Below, one piece after another: positions 14,201 through 24,900 of a stretch of 64,000 nucleotides of DNA. The position numbers and the translations under genes are program-made. This DNA is from Mobula hypostoma. Taxonomy: Eukaryota. Location of the stretch: contig NC_086108.1 in assembly GCF_963921235.1 (NCBI RefSeq), positions 47,990,001-48,054,000 on the forward strand, written 5' to 3'. The notes under the pieces were generated by a model that saw only the letters and a program-made list of their open reading frames with translations, was not told where the DNA came from and made no database searches. How positions within the stretch are numbered: position 1 is the first letter of the stretch; each line of letters begins with the position of its first letter.

Positions 14201-14611
14201 TTCTGTCTTAACTTTTCGTTGGACTGAGATTGCTTTTACAAAGCTTTTGCAATTCATCCATTTCCGTTTCCAGAGACGACAAAATTGTTTCATTATTTTT
14301 TATACATTTATCATGTTCGTTAAGAGTTTGTTGAATAGAATCCAATTTACCATCTATTTGTTTAAATTCAGAGCTGAATTGTTGAAACTTCTCAGAGGCT
14401 TCTCATGTATGACTTTGCAGCAGATCCATAATAGAATCCAAAGAAGTAGGGAGATCATCCTTTTTAGTACCTCTGACACTCCTTCCAGTCCTAATGAAAG
14501 AATATCACACTTAAAAAATAAGCTTCAAGACAGGTTGGAAATAGTAAGATAATTAGAGTTGGAGCAACGGCAGATTGCTCTTACTCCATCAGCTACCACC
14601 AGGAAAAACCC
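8290..14611 (-). mobile_element. Near full-length L1-clade LINE, inactivated, with 13-bp TSD
   Basis: TSD ggccagaaatgtc at 8277-8289 and 14612-14624. ORF1 relic (LESSRRNNLRVLGL..RPRSVII, about 13730-14500). ORF2 from ATG 13045 (MDQAINLLSFNVKGLN) with endonuclease (GGDFN, SDH), RT (SLDAEKAFDQV, GTRQGCPLSP, YTDD) and CCHC knuckle (CDRC..HMFWTC), ending near 8507. AATAAA lies just before the 3' end. Confidence 0.95.
9357..10163 (+). mobile_element. Solo LTR (Gypsy-like, 807 bp) inside L1 ORF2
   Basis: TG...CA ends with a perfect 9-bp inverted repeat (tgttacata/tatgtaaca). 4-bp TSD with one mismatch (catg/catt). TATATAA at 9505-9511, AATAAA at 10098-10103. Removing it restores L1 ..IKCFWDL. Confidence 0.88.
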
Positions 14612-14999
14612 GGCCAGAAATGTCAACTGTGCTTTTTTACCATAGATTCTGCCTAGCCTGCTGAGTTGCTCCAGCATTTTGTGTGTGTTGCTTAAGATTA
14701 ATAATTGCTGTTAACTTCCAATAGATTATTGTTTTGAAAATTCCTTTTAACAATGAAATAATTTGGCTTATTTATTTAAATAATTGCAAACAAAGGCTGT
14801 AAGATCCACAACTCATGAAAATAGATACCAAGCATAATTATTTACTATTTATAGGAGTTACAAGAATTTTTTAGGAGAGCTCTTGATTGTATTAAAATTT
14901 TGTATAGGCTTTGTGTTCTGTCTTGTATAATTATATTACAATATTTTTAAAAATTCAAAAGCAATTACTTAAATTATATTATTGGTTAACTGACATATT

Positions 15000-15235
15000 A
15001 ACACCTTTACAGCCAATGAAGTACTTTTATAGTGTGTTTGCTGTTATGAAGTAGGAGGTGCAGCAGCCAATTTGCCCACTGCAAACTATTACCATATTAT
15101 AGACTAATGATCAGATGATCTGTTACTTATATTGACTGAGGGATAAATATTGACCGAGGGATAAATATTGACCGGAACTCTGGAGAGAACTCTGTTGTTC
15201 ATAAAAATGTTGCCATAGAGTCTTTAACATAGATA
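15000..15235 (-). mobile_element. Deu-domain SINE (SacSINE1/AmnSINE-related) relic
   Basis: ctttacagccaatgaagtacttt..gcagcagccaatttg..gagggataaatattgacc matches the antisense Deu-domain consensus as I recall it. Internal 18-bp tandem duplication at 15138-15173. Confidence 0.7.
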
Positions 15236-15599
15236 TTGGTTTATAAGTTCATCTCAGAATACAAGTGCATAGTTAAAAACGCATATATTGTCTACTTGAC
15301 AGTTGGTTTATTTTTCTTAAAAGGTTTAACTCTGAAGTTGTGCTAACAAATGTCTTTTACCAAAAGAAACATCACTTTATAGCAGTTATTCTAGGACAAA
15401 TTTTCTTGAAAATAGTTTGTACCATTGTTGTGTAAAACAAAGATATGCTAACATATGGTGAGGAAAGCCCATGAGTTGTGGATCAACATAAGCTGCTGAC
15501 CGATGGTGTTACATCCTTGTTAACTCCACAAAAGTGGTATCATGTGCATAATTTTACTGTGATTTTTATGAAATTCCTGCTCTTGTGCATGAATTATCA

Positions 15600-17030
15600 C
15601 TTAAAGTGTAGACTCAGCCCAAATGCCATCTATAAATTCACAAATGACACAACTGTTGTTGGCAGAATCTCCGATGGTGACAAGGAGTGCGGTACTCTGG
15701 CTGTTTGGGCAATGCAGCAACAACTTTGCACTCAATGCCCGTAAGACTGAGGAATTGATTATGAACTTCAGGAAGGAGGTAATCAGGAGAACACACAACA
15801 GTTCTCATTGAGGGGTCAGCAGTGGGAAAGGTGAGCAGCTTCAAGTTCCTGTGTCTATCACATATTGATACAATTACGAAGAAGCCATGGCAACATTATA
15901 TTTCATTAGGGGTTTGTAGAAATTTAGTATATCAGCAAAGACTCTTAGCAAATTTTTACAGTTTAAAGTTCAGAGTAAAATTTTTTATCAGAGTACATAC
16001 ATGTTGCCACATACAACCCTGATTCTTTTTCTGTGGGCATACTTAGTAAATCTATAGAACAGTAACTGTAAACAGGATCAATGCTTAACTAACTGTGCAA
16101 ATACAGATATACAGTAAATAAATAACAATAAATAATGAGCATGAAAAAAAGAGTCCTTAAATGAGCGTAGTTATCTCCTTTTGTTCAAGAATCTGATGGT
16201 TGAGGGGTAGTAACTGTTGTTGAACCTGGTGTTGTGAGTCCTGAGGCATCTGTACCTTCCACTTGATGGCAGCAGTGAGAAAAGAGCATGGCCTGGGTGG
16301 TGAGGATCTTTGATGATGGATGTTGCTTTTCTATGACAATGTACGTGTAGATGGACTCAATGGTTGATAGGTTTTACCCCTGATGTGCTGGGCTAAATCC
16401 ACTACCTCTTGTAGGATTTTCTGCTCAAAGGCATTGGTACCAGGCCGTAATGCAGTCAGTCAGCACACTTTGCACCACACCTCTATACAATTTTCCCAAG
16501 ATTTTTGATGACATGCCAAATTTCCGCAGACTCCCGAGGAAGTAGAGGTGCTGTTGCACTTTCTTTGCAATTATATTTATGTGATGGGTCCAGGACAGGT
16601 CCTCTGAGATAGTGATGTACCATGAAGAGCATTCTAACTGGTTGCATCACATCTGGTATGGAATCACCAATGCTCAGGATCCGAAAAAGCTGCAGAGTGT
16701 TGTAAACCCAACTAGCTCACTCATGGGTGCTAGCTTCCCCACCATCAAGCACACGTTGAAAAGGTGATCCTCAAGAAAGCGGCATCCATCATAAGGCACC
16801 CTCACCATCCTCTTCTCATTACTACTATTAGTGAGGAGGTCCAGGAGCCGGAAGATGACCACTCAACATTTTAGGAACAGTTTTTTTTCCCTCCAGATTT
16901 CTGAATTGTCCATGAACCAATGAACACTACTTCAGTATTTTGCTCTCTTTTTGCACTTATTAAATATATTCTTATTGTAATTTATATTAATTTTTTTGTA
17001 TTGCACTGACTTGCTGCTGCAAAACATGCA
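15600..17030 (+). mobile_element. Rex1/Babar-like LINE 3' fragment holding an antisense Rex1-like insertion (about 15962-16615)
   Basis: AIYKFTNDTTVVGRIS and NNFALNARKTEELIMNFRK. The host breaks at tttttacag| and resumes at |atgtaccatgaagagcattct; the insert starts with a gtttaaagttcag tail. Confidence 0.75.
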
Positions 17031-17039
17031 ATCTATTTA

Positions 17040-17392
17040 CCCCTTCTCTTCCCCTCCCTTGCCCTCATGACCTGCCCGTCACCTTCCTTTAGTTCTCCAC
17101 CTCCTTCCCTCTATTCCTTGGTCCACTGTCCTCTCCTATTAGATTCCTTTATCTCTCCCGCCTGTCAACTCCCACCTTCTCACTTCAACTCCCCCCCCAC
17201 CCACCTTGCCCCTCACCTGGTCTCACCTATCACCTGCCAGCTTGTACTCTTTCCCTTCCCCCCACACATCTTATTCTGCCTTCCTTTCCAGTCCTGATGA
17301 TGGGTCTCAGCCCAAAATGCCAACTGTTTATTTCCCCTCTTAGGTGCTGCCTGACCTGCCGAGTTCCTCCAGCATTTTCTGTATGTTGCTGA
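17040..17392 (+). mobile_element. Penelope pLTR remnant with degenerate hammerhead motif
   Basis: Pyrimidine-rich tract, then cagtc-ctgatga-tgggtctcagccc-aaaa-tgcc-aactg (17289-17326) and the gctgcctgacctgccgagttcctccagcatttt tail. Confidence 0.8.
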
Positions 17393-17942
17393 AAACCCAT
17401 AGAATCCCATGCGTGTCTGTGAAGTTATATGGTGAGGCGCTTCTTGATACACCTCAGGCTTATTTGTTTCCTTGTGTCCCTCACTAACTCTTCCTTTGTT
17501 AGACCCAGATGGAAAGGCTTGCTTGGTGAAAGGGGATTGCAGGATCTGCAGTTAGTAAATCTCCCAGAGTTGCAACAAGGGCACTCTTGCTATGGTGTCT
17601 GAAACAGTAAGATTTGGGCTCCCATCTGGTTTAACCAGTGTAACAGTAGGTTTTTCCCACTCATTTACACCTTCCTTCAAATTTCTTTTGAAATGTAAAT
17701 GATAAAAAGCCAATTGCTGTTTGCAAGACCTTGCAGAGTACATTGTGGCCTTGAGGTTTGCCTACAGTTTAGCTGTTCAAACTAATTCCCTAGCTGAGAT
17801 AAGAAAGGTGCTTTGTTTTTGAAAGTTGTCATTGTCCCTACTGTTCTTTTTCTCACCAGAACAGTTTAACATCCTGATCAGAAGAGGGGAGGCCAGCTGA
17901 GAGGAATCGTTAACAGTGATGTGTTATTGTAAAGAAACTAAC

Positions 17943-18982
17943 ATTCAAGATTCAAGATTCAAAAAACGTTATTGTCATTCTAACCGTACATCAGCTCTGC
18001 AGGGCAGAATGAGACAGCGTTTCTCAGGAGCAGTGCAATCATAACATAACAAACGCAACATTAAATAATGAACGTAACAATAAATAGTAAAACACAACAG
18101 CTATATGTCAATTAAAATCAAGTTATAAGTGTCCAGTGCAAGTTAAAAGTGTCCAAAGCAGAGTCAGGTAGAGCAGCTATTTAGCAGTCTGACAGCCTGT
18201 GGGAGGAAGCTGTTTAGTAGCCTTGTGGTTTTAGTTTAAATGCTCCTGTAACGTTTGCCTGATGGCAGAAGAACAAACAGTTCATGGAGAGGGTGTGAGG
18301 GGTCTTTAATGATGTACCTGTCTTCTGGAGGCATCGACTCTGAAAGAGGTCTTGGACAGAAGGTAGGGAGATCCCAATAACCTTCTCTGCTCCCCTAACC
18401 ACCCTCTGCAAGGCTATTTTGTTGACAGCACTGCAGCTGGAGTATCAGGTTGTGATGCAAAAGGTCAGCACACTCTCAACCATGCCTCTGTAGAATGTAG
18501 TTAAGATGTTAGCGGGGAGTGATGCTTGTTTAAGCTTCCTCAGAAAGTGCAATCTCTGCTGGGCCCGTTTCACAATCCCAGTGGTGTTCCTGGACCAGGT
18601 GAGATTGTCCGAAGGAACTTGATGTTTTTCACTCTCTCCATTGTGGAGCCGCTGATGCTGAGGGGTGTGTGCTCATGCTGAGACTGTCTGAAATCGGCGG
18701 TCATCTCCTTGGTTCTGGTGACATTAAGCATCAAGTTGTTATCACTGCACCAGCTCTATAGGTGTTTGACCTCCTCCCTGTACATTGTTTCATCATTTTT
18801 GCTGATGATCCCCACCACTGTGGTATCATCTGCAAATTTAATGATTAGGTTCTCCTTGAATCTGGCTGCACAGTCATGTGTTAGCAGTGTAAACAGCAAT
18901 GGGCTTAGCACACAGCCTTGTGGGGATCCAGTGCTCAGTGTGATGGAGTCAGAGATGTTCCTGCAAACACAGACTGACTGTT
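17943..18982 (-). mobile_element. Rex1/Babar-like LINE, 5'-truncated
   Basis: (attcaag)n tail at 17943. Antisense RT motifs GSPQGCVLSPLLFTLLT and IKFADDTTVVG (about 18815-18935). C-terminal LQRVVRGAEKVIG. Confidence 0.85.
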
Positions 18983-19076
18983 GTGTTTGTAGACAAACTA
19001 GATGTTTGTACTTAACTATATATAAAGGAACTCTATTTCATAATACCTTGCAAAAAGCAGATTATTACTCAGTTTA

Positions 19077-19265
19077 AGCAACACACATAAAAGTTGCTGG
19101 TGAACGCAGCAGGCCAGGCAGCATCTCTAGGAAGAGGTGCAGTCGACGTTTCAAGCCGAGACCCTTCGTCAGGACTGACGGAGCTGCCTGGCCTGCTGCG
19201 TTCACCAGCAACTTTGATGTGTGTTGCTTGAATTTCCAGCATCTGCAGAATTCCTGTTGTTTGTG
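19077..19265. mobile_element. 189-bp fold-back Penelope-derived mini-element with 12-bp TSD
   Basis: TSD ttactcagttta at 19065-19076 and 19266-19277. 47-bp inverted arms at 19076-19122 and 19183-19229 with one mismatch. Sequence is nearly identical to the pLTRs at 28452-28590 and 29960-30059. Confidence 0.9.
19140..19177 (-). ncRNA. Minimal type I hammerhead ribozyme motif (Penelope-associated)
   Basis: Minus strand reads cagtc CTGACGA a gggt-ctcg-gctt GAAA c GTC gactg: 5-bp stem I, intact core, stem II with G-U pairs, loopless palindromic ACGT stem III. Confidence 0.75.
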
Positions 19266-20659
19266 TTACTCAGTTTATTTCTGATGCATTATTCATCTAG
19301 TTGTTTATTGACATCCCCAGATGCTCCATTGTGCCGTAATGTGCAGTCTCCATATGCACTAAAGCACATTGGAGTCATCTAAATCTCTTCTATCGACTTA
19401 GTATTATTTAATTGCAGCCCATCTACCAGTAGGGGGAGACACAGCTCAAGTAATGATCACGGCATTGGTTGTCAGCAGAAGTCCCGATTTTCTACAACTT
19501 GCAATGTGCCATTTGGTACTTCATGGAGAGGACTAATCCAAGAGAAAAGCCTGACAACTTTCCAAAGCAGTCCTCGTTCTATTGACATTTCCGCAAAATA
19601 AATATTCCACAAATTCATTCTGTCTTGACGAAGAGGCTAAACTTGCAATAATTCATTTGCTGTATTTCATAGTTTTTCATTCCATCAGTCAAGGAGAACT
19701 GTACATTCAAATGTAAACATCTGCAGACAGTTATGCCAGTCCATCTGGCAAGATTGGCTATATTGGGTATAAGCCAACCAAACCTGTAGCTAATCAGGTC
19801 TGCCTTTGACAGAGAAACCAACAGTTGTTTTCTGAATGGTATCTGCATGTGTGATTAATCAAAACTGGTTGATATGTTTTGAAATCGTGACAGACCTGGT
19901 GTATGCATCAGTAGTTGTATAATAAACTTCTGGGCCGATTGGCATTGGCGTCGCTCTGCTTATATATTTTCTGCTGTCATTTGTAATCCAACACTGGAAA
20001 TTCAGTGAAAATAATGTTATAAATGCTTTATATGTAGTTTAGTACCTACATGAGGATTTTTCAATTGTCTACTTAAAAGATTAATATTAATAATTTTTGA
20101 TCAGATTTTCTAAAATGCTTCATTTATTTCAATGTATTTTATTCATAGTAAAACAATGGATCTACGTAAATAACCAGCAGTACTCACCCTTTTAAAAAAA
20201 GTTTCAAAAGTATCCTAAATTAATCAAAATTACCAGGGCATGTGAGAGAATACTTTAGATTTTTTGGGCTCACGCTCTCAAAAAGGGTTCACCAGCCCTG
20301 CTTTTGTATTTCCAGCATCTGTGGAATCCCTTGTGTCTGTGCATATGTGGTTTACATTTTTATCAGGTACTTCATTGACAGCATTTGGGTGGGTGAATTC
20401 CAGAAACAACCATCTCAATACTACACACCTTTATAGCACTCGAGCCTATAACTCACTGCTCTTCTTTGTTACAGGTTTAAAGAAATAGCATTATGGAATA
20501 GGTTGCAGGGAATATTTCAACCACCAAAATATAACATTCAGTAGTTTGTGTGCAATTACTTAATGTAACATACTTTCTTATTCCACACACTGCTAATGAC
20601 CAAAGAGATATTAATGCTGATAAGAAAATGATTTCACTTGGAAGAGAAACCGTCTTGGG

Positions 20660-21598
20660 AAGGCAAGGATCGTGACGCTGCAACTCAAATCCGGAATCTG
20701 ACTTTCCCGTTTGTCTCTGTGTTTAATAATAATCTTATTGTAAAACGTTTTCTCTCTTTTCGAGAAGAGGCGCTCATCTAAAGGAAAATGTCTATTCTAT
20801 TAAAAAAGCAACCGATCTTAATGGGCAACACAATTGACACGCAGTTCGCCAAGTCCAGAAGCATGCTGTCAGCAGGTACTACTGAGATTTCTCAATGCCG
20901 ATCTGGTGTGCAGTTTAAGACAGAGATAACGCAGTCTCTTCTATTTTCTCCAGTATTTCTGCTAAGTAGAAGCTTCACGTCCGCGCCTTCATCAATGACC
21001 CAGAGCTAATCTGTTTTCTTGTAATTACGTTGGATCTGCAACTAGTGATGTAATTAAATGCCGGCTCCCAGCCCAACTCCATCAATTTTAATTACAAACA
21101 TACTTATAATTATCGAACTCGCTTTGGAAAAAAAAACTTTAAAAACGTGCTGAACGCGCGGTGCATTTTTCCATTGATCCCTGGAGTCAACAGTACTGAG
21201 GGCTGACCTTTAAACTTAGCACTCGCCCCGAAGCGGGCCCCTAAAATCCGAATGACTCCTGTGTAGTGTGCTCCAATCGGCACACAGCGCTCACCAGGGT
21301 ATCATCTTGCCTTGTTGCGGAGAGGGAAGAGGCTGACCCGAGCAGTAGAGCTTACAGTCTGAACCAATTCTTCTCACAGTCAGGCTATTCCTCAGATCCG
21401 GCCACTTCACCCCAGTCTAACTGTACAACAGGAGGCAAGGGGAGACCGGCGGAGCATCTGCACCTTTGAACAACCTCTGGAGATCAGAACCAGATGTGAG
21501 AAAAGTTCATTTCTATTGCCTTGCAGATCAAATCTTTGCTTTTTAAATGCATCGCCTAGATTTACACGTCGTTTGACTTTTGGAGGACGGAGTTTAAG
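20660..21598 (+). promoter_or_regulatory. Putative HMCN1 promoter and 5' UTR
   Basis: Directly upstream of the first coding exon, visibly CpG-enriched (gaacgcgcggtg, ctcgccccgaagcgggccc) and free of recognisable TEs. The TSS cannot be located from sequence alone. Confidence 0.6.
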
Positions 21599-21878
21599 AT
21601 GATTGTACCAATGAACATGAGATGGGAAATTAAAACTTTCATCGTGTGCCTTGCCCTGCTCTTCTGTCCGACCGTTCAAGATGCTCCTGAGGGCGGGCAG
21701 GAGGCGCAGGATGTCCCGGAGGGAGCCTCCACCCTGGCTTTTGTGTTTGATGTGACCGGGTCCATGTATGATGACTTGGTCCAAGTTATTGAAGGAGCTT
21801 CAAAGATCTTGGAGGCATCCTTAAGCCGACCCAAGAAGCCTCTGTATAACTTCGCTCTTATACCCTTTCACGACCCAG
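21599..21878 (+). CDS. HMCN1: Hemicentin-1 coding exon 1 (signal peptide plus vWA domain N-terminus); partial gene
   Basis: Hydrophobic leader, then [55 protein letters not shown], which matches vertebrate HMCN1 as I recall it better than HMCN2 (SMWDELMQVIDG). MIDAS-like DVTGS. Phase-1 donor CAG|GTAAGG with GT at 21879-21880. Alternative in-frame ATGs at 21611 and 21617. Confidence 0.96.
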
Positions 21879-22859
21879 GTAAGGTTGATGTTGATTTCTG
21901 ACACGGGCCGATTTTATCGTAGTGACGTTTTGGGCGCATTTCTTCGGGTGTTCGAAACACACCCAGATTACTATTTTTTTCATTAAACACATTGCTGTTC
22001 TTACTGTTGAATGAACCGAGAATAGTTCTCCCCACTGTTTCAAAACATTTGCAATTTCTTTGGCAAAATGTAAGTTAGCAAGGACACTTCCCTCACCCCC
22101 AGCACCTCTTTGTCCCGCTGAGTAGACTTAGGGCCCTATTTAACACACCGCTGTCCTCGGAACGAACGCCTGCTGCTTTGAGCGGCGAGCTGTCTGAAAC
22201 ACGCTCAGCTCCTCGGGGAGTGAGGACTTGTGTCAGACTATGAAAGGGCAGGGAAACAGAGTTCAGAATCTGGGACAAATTAAATGCCATTTCTCAGCAG
22301 GATGAAATGAGCAGTTTGTAGTGGGGACTACATGGAATGGACCAACAGCAGGAGAACTGGAATCCATGCCGTTCCCCGGATCATGGGAAATATCGAGTAT
22401 ATTGTACTTGGCAGGCAATTTGTCATTGAGGTGGGTTGAATAAAAGTCAGCTTCATTGATGCTATAATTCCGATTTGAACAAGACCCGGGATTATTCCCC
22501 CCCCCCCCAGCATGAGCTAGAGGTCAACTGCAGAAGCCACATTCTCAGCAATCTCACATTTCCAAACCACAGGGGTCCACAGCAATGTCGAATACTGTAG
22601 ATCCCCTTTTTTGCTGGGAAAAGTTCACATTCCCCGCCGAATTTTTTTGGGGAGGGCGGTGGCAGGGATTTATCTCATTTGGTGAAAGGATGCGACATTG
22701 CACATTGATAGAGGGTGGAATGGGAGGAAGTTGTTTACACATCAATAAAACGTTGCTGGTAAAACTGCGTAAGGGAGTGCGATTTTAGAAGTGCGGTGCA
22801 CTTCGCTAAGACAGTAGAAGTCGCAGGCAGAAATAATTCAGCGACAATAACTTGTTCAT

Positions 22860-23075
22860 CACTCTCTGGTTATTCCTGGTGTCCTGGCCGTTATTTATCC
22901 TTTAATCAGCATGACTCAAAACAATTAGCTCGGCATTATCACGTTGTTCATTTTGTGACCTTATTGCGCACTTATGACTGCAAGTTTTGAATGTGACAAA
23001 GTTAACTGCACTGCAAAACTGTTTAATTGTTAATGTTTCATTGCTCGAGTGTGAAAAGTGCTTACATAAATATAT
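22860..23075 (+). mobile_element. Old Deu-domain SINE relic in proximal intron 1
   Basis: cctggtgtcctggccgttatttatcc..cattatcacgttgttc..gtgaaaagtgcttacataaat resembles the Deu domain and its tail. Confidence 0.65.
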
Positions 23076-23109
23076 AGAAATCGTAATTTTTAAATAGGGC
23101 AGTAATTCC

Positions 23110-23530
23110 TCAGTTCAAGGCTCAAAGTGAGTTTATTATCAAAGTATGTTTCTGTCACCACATTCTACCTTGAGATTCGTTTTCTTGACGGCATTTACAG
23201 GAAAATAAAGAAATACAATAGAATCTACGAAAAACTATAAATGACAAAGACTAACAAACAACCAATGTGCAAAAAAGACAAATCGTGCAAATAATAGAAA
23301 AATAAATAACGAATAGGGAGAACATGAGTTGTGGAGTCCTTGGAATTCAGTCTGCAGGTTGTGGAGTCAGTGCTGAGGTGAGTGAACTGACCCATACAGG
23401 AGCCTAATGGTTGAAGGGTACTAATAACCGTTTCTAATCCGGGCCATGTGGAACCTAAGGCTCCTGTACCTCCTGCCCATTGGTAGCAGCAAGAAGAGAC
23501 CATGGCCTGGATGATGAGGGTCTTTGAGGG
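23110..23530 (-). mobile_element. Rex1-like LINE 3' end
   Basis: gttcaaggctcaaag tail with tttattatc; ggctcctgtacctcctgccc..ggcctggatgatgagggtctttga matches the 3' coding end seen near 16240-16315. Confidence 0.7.
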
Positions 23531-23906
23531 ATAGAACAGACTCTATAAAAAAAATGTTCCATAGTAAAACATTGGAATCCTCTAATGTTCTAATCCAATA
23601 GGATCTGCTTTATCAAGTTGGACCATTTATGCAGAGAGTAGTCCTACAAACTCCAGATTGCATCCCTACAGTTACACTGTGTCTGTGGAGCTCAACTGGG
23701 CTAACATGTACAATATCTTCTGAACAATTAGTGCAGACCACAAGCACTGCAACTATACTGGAGATGCTGTACCATTGATTTGGTTATCACAGCAACATCA
23801 AGTTAATCTGAGAGATTTCTATAGTGCTCACTTGTATCCGACAACGATACCTTATTTTTCTGGTCCTTGCATGTGAGAATCAATAGTGAGAGGCATGTAT
23901 ATATTG

Positions 23907-24188
23907 GGACGGCATGGTAGCAAATGGTTAGCACAACGCTTTACAATACCAGCAACCTGGGTTCAATTCCCACCGGTGCTTGGAAGGAGTTTGTACATTC
24001 TCTCTGTAATCGCATGGGTTTCCTCTGAGTGCGCTGGTTTCCTCCCACAGTCCAAAGTTGGTAGGTTAATTTGTCATTATAAGTAGTCCTGTGATTAGGC
24101 TAAGGTTAAGTTGGGGGTTTTCTGGGCAGCATGGCTCAAGGGGCCGGACAAGCCCACTCCGTGTTGAATCTCGATAAATAAATAAACA
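23907..24188 (+). mobile_element. tRNA-derived V-SINE (HE1-like)
   Basis: A-box-like tggtagcaaatggttagc, B-box gggttcaattccc, V-domain gggtttcctctgagtgcgctggtttcctcccacagtccaaag, (AAAT)n tail. Confidence 0.8.
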
Positions 24189-24479
24189 ATGTATACTTGA
24201 GACTGTAACACTAATTCAGAAACTGAATTAGAACCAAAATTACACCAACTCTTGCTAGCAAATAAACTATCAGAATGAGGCCATCTTGGAACTGTTAAAG
24301 GAATACGTTTAGTAGTAGTCCATTTTAGTTTGATGTATTTAAAATGGATGGAAGATTGGTATAGTCTGACCAATTTTATTTTTGTGGTGTTGGTTAGGCT
24401 ACATTAATTCATAGACCAGCTTATTGACTACTGTTTTCATGACAAGTTCACTGGTAGAATGTGCAGACAAAATTTGTGC

Positions 24480-24900
24480 ATACTCTCCTAGGCTAGTATC
24501 CCCAGAAGCGAGGTCCAAATTTTACTCAGTTAGCCCCATTGTTTGCATGTCTGACACTAAATGCCTGAAATACCGTGAGACATGAAGAGATTTTTAGGTG
24601 GACCGAGGAAAGGATTGAAAGATGTTCACAAAACCCCTTCAAAAAAAACCATGACGTGCCTAGTGATTCCTGGGAATCCATGGCCCAATCCAAATGGGAA
24701 AGGACCGCACAGGAATGGCATTGAGAATCTCGAGTCCATTAAGGGTACAGAGATGCCCAGCATTAACAATGCAAATAACACACCCCTTGCCAAGGTCCCC
24801 ATCCACCTCGCTCAGCACAGCCTTGCGACCAACTGGGGCACAATCTGTGGGTTTCAAATTGATCTTTTCAGTCACCTCAGAAGCCACAACTGGAGTGGTA
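24480..24900 (+). mobile_element. Old RTE-like LINE 3' relic
   Basis: GGPRKGLKDVHK and a terminal ICGFQIDLFSHLRSH resemble RTE ORF C-termini. Confidence 0.5.

Larger units (their letters stand above)
7920..14695 (+). mobile_element. Penelope-like element 3' remnant (GIY-YIG end plus pLTR), split by the L1
   Basis: 7920-8010 translates as DKATLRLEEQQLIFNLGNLQPDDMKIDF, matching the GIY-YIG end in ORF 28883..29209. A pyrimidine-rich pLTR runs to 8289 and resumes at 14612 (aactg..ctgctgagttgctccagcattttgtgtgtgttgc). Confidence 0.85.

Noticed and set aside
19685..19712. ggagaactgtacattcaa, resembling the ELYVQ end of HMCN1 exon 2
   Set aside because: It lies upstream of exon 1, lacks the preceding IGPVTITTDP and has no splice donor. 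No exon 2 was found anywhere in the window by eye.
21407..21784. Antisense 125-aa ORF over HMCN1 exon 1
   Set aside because: No recognisable domain; consistent with a shadow ORF of the coding exon.
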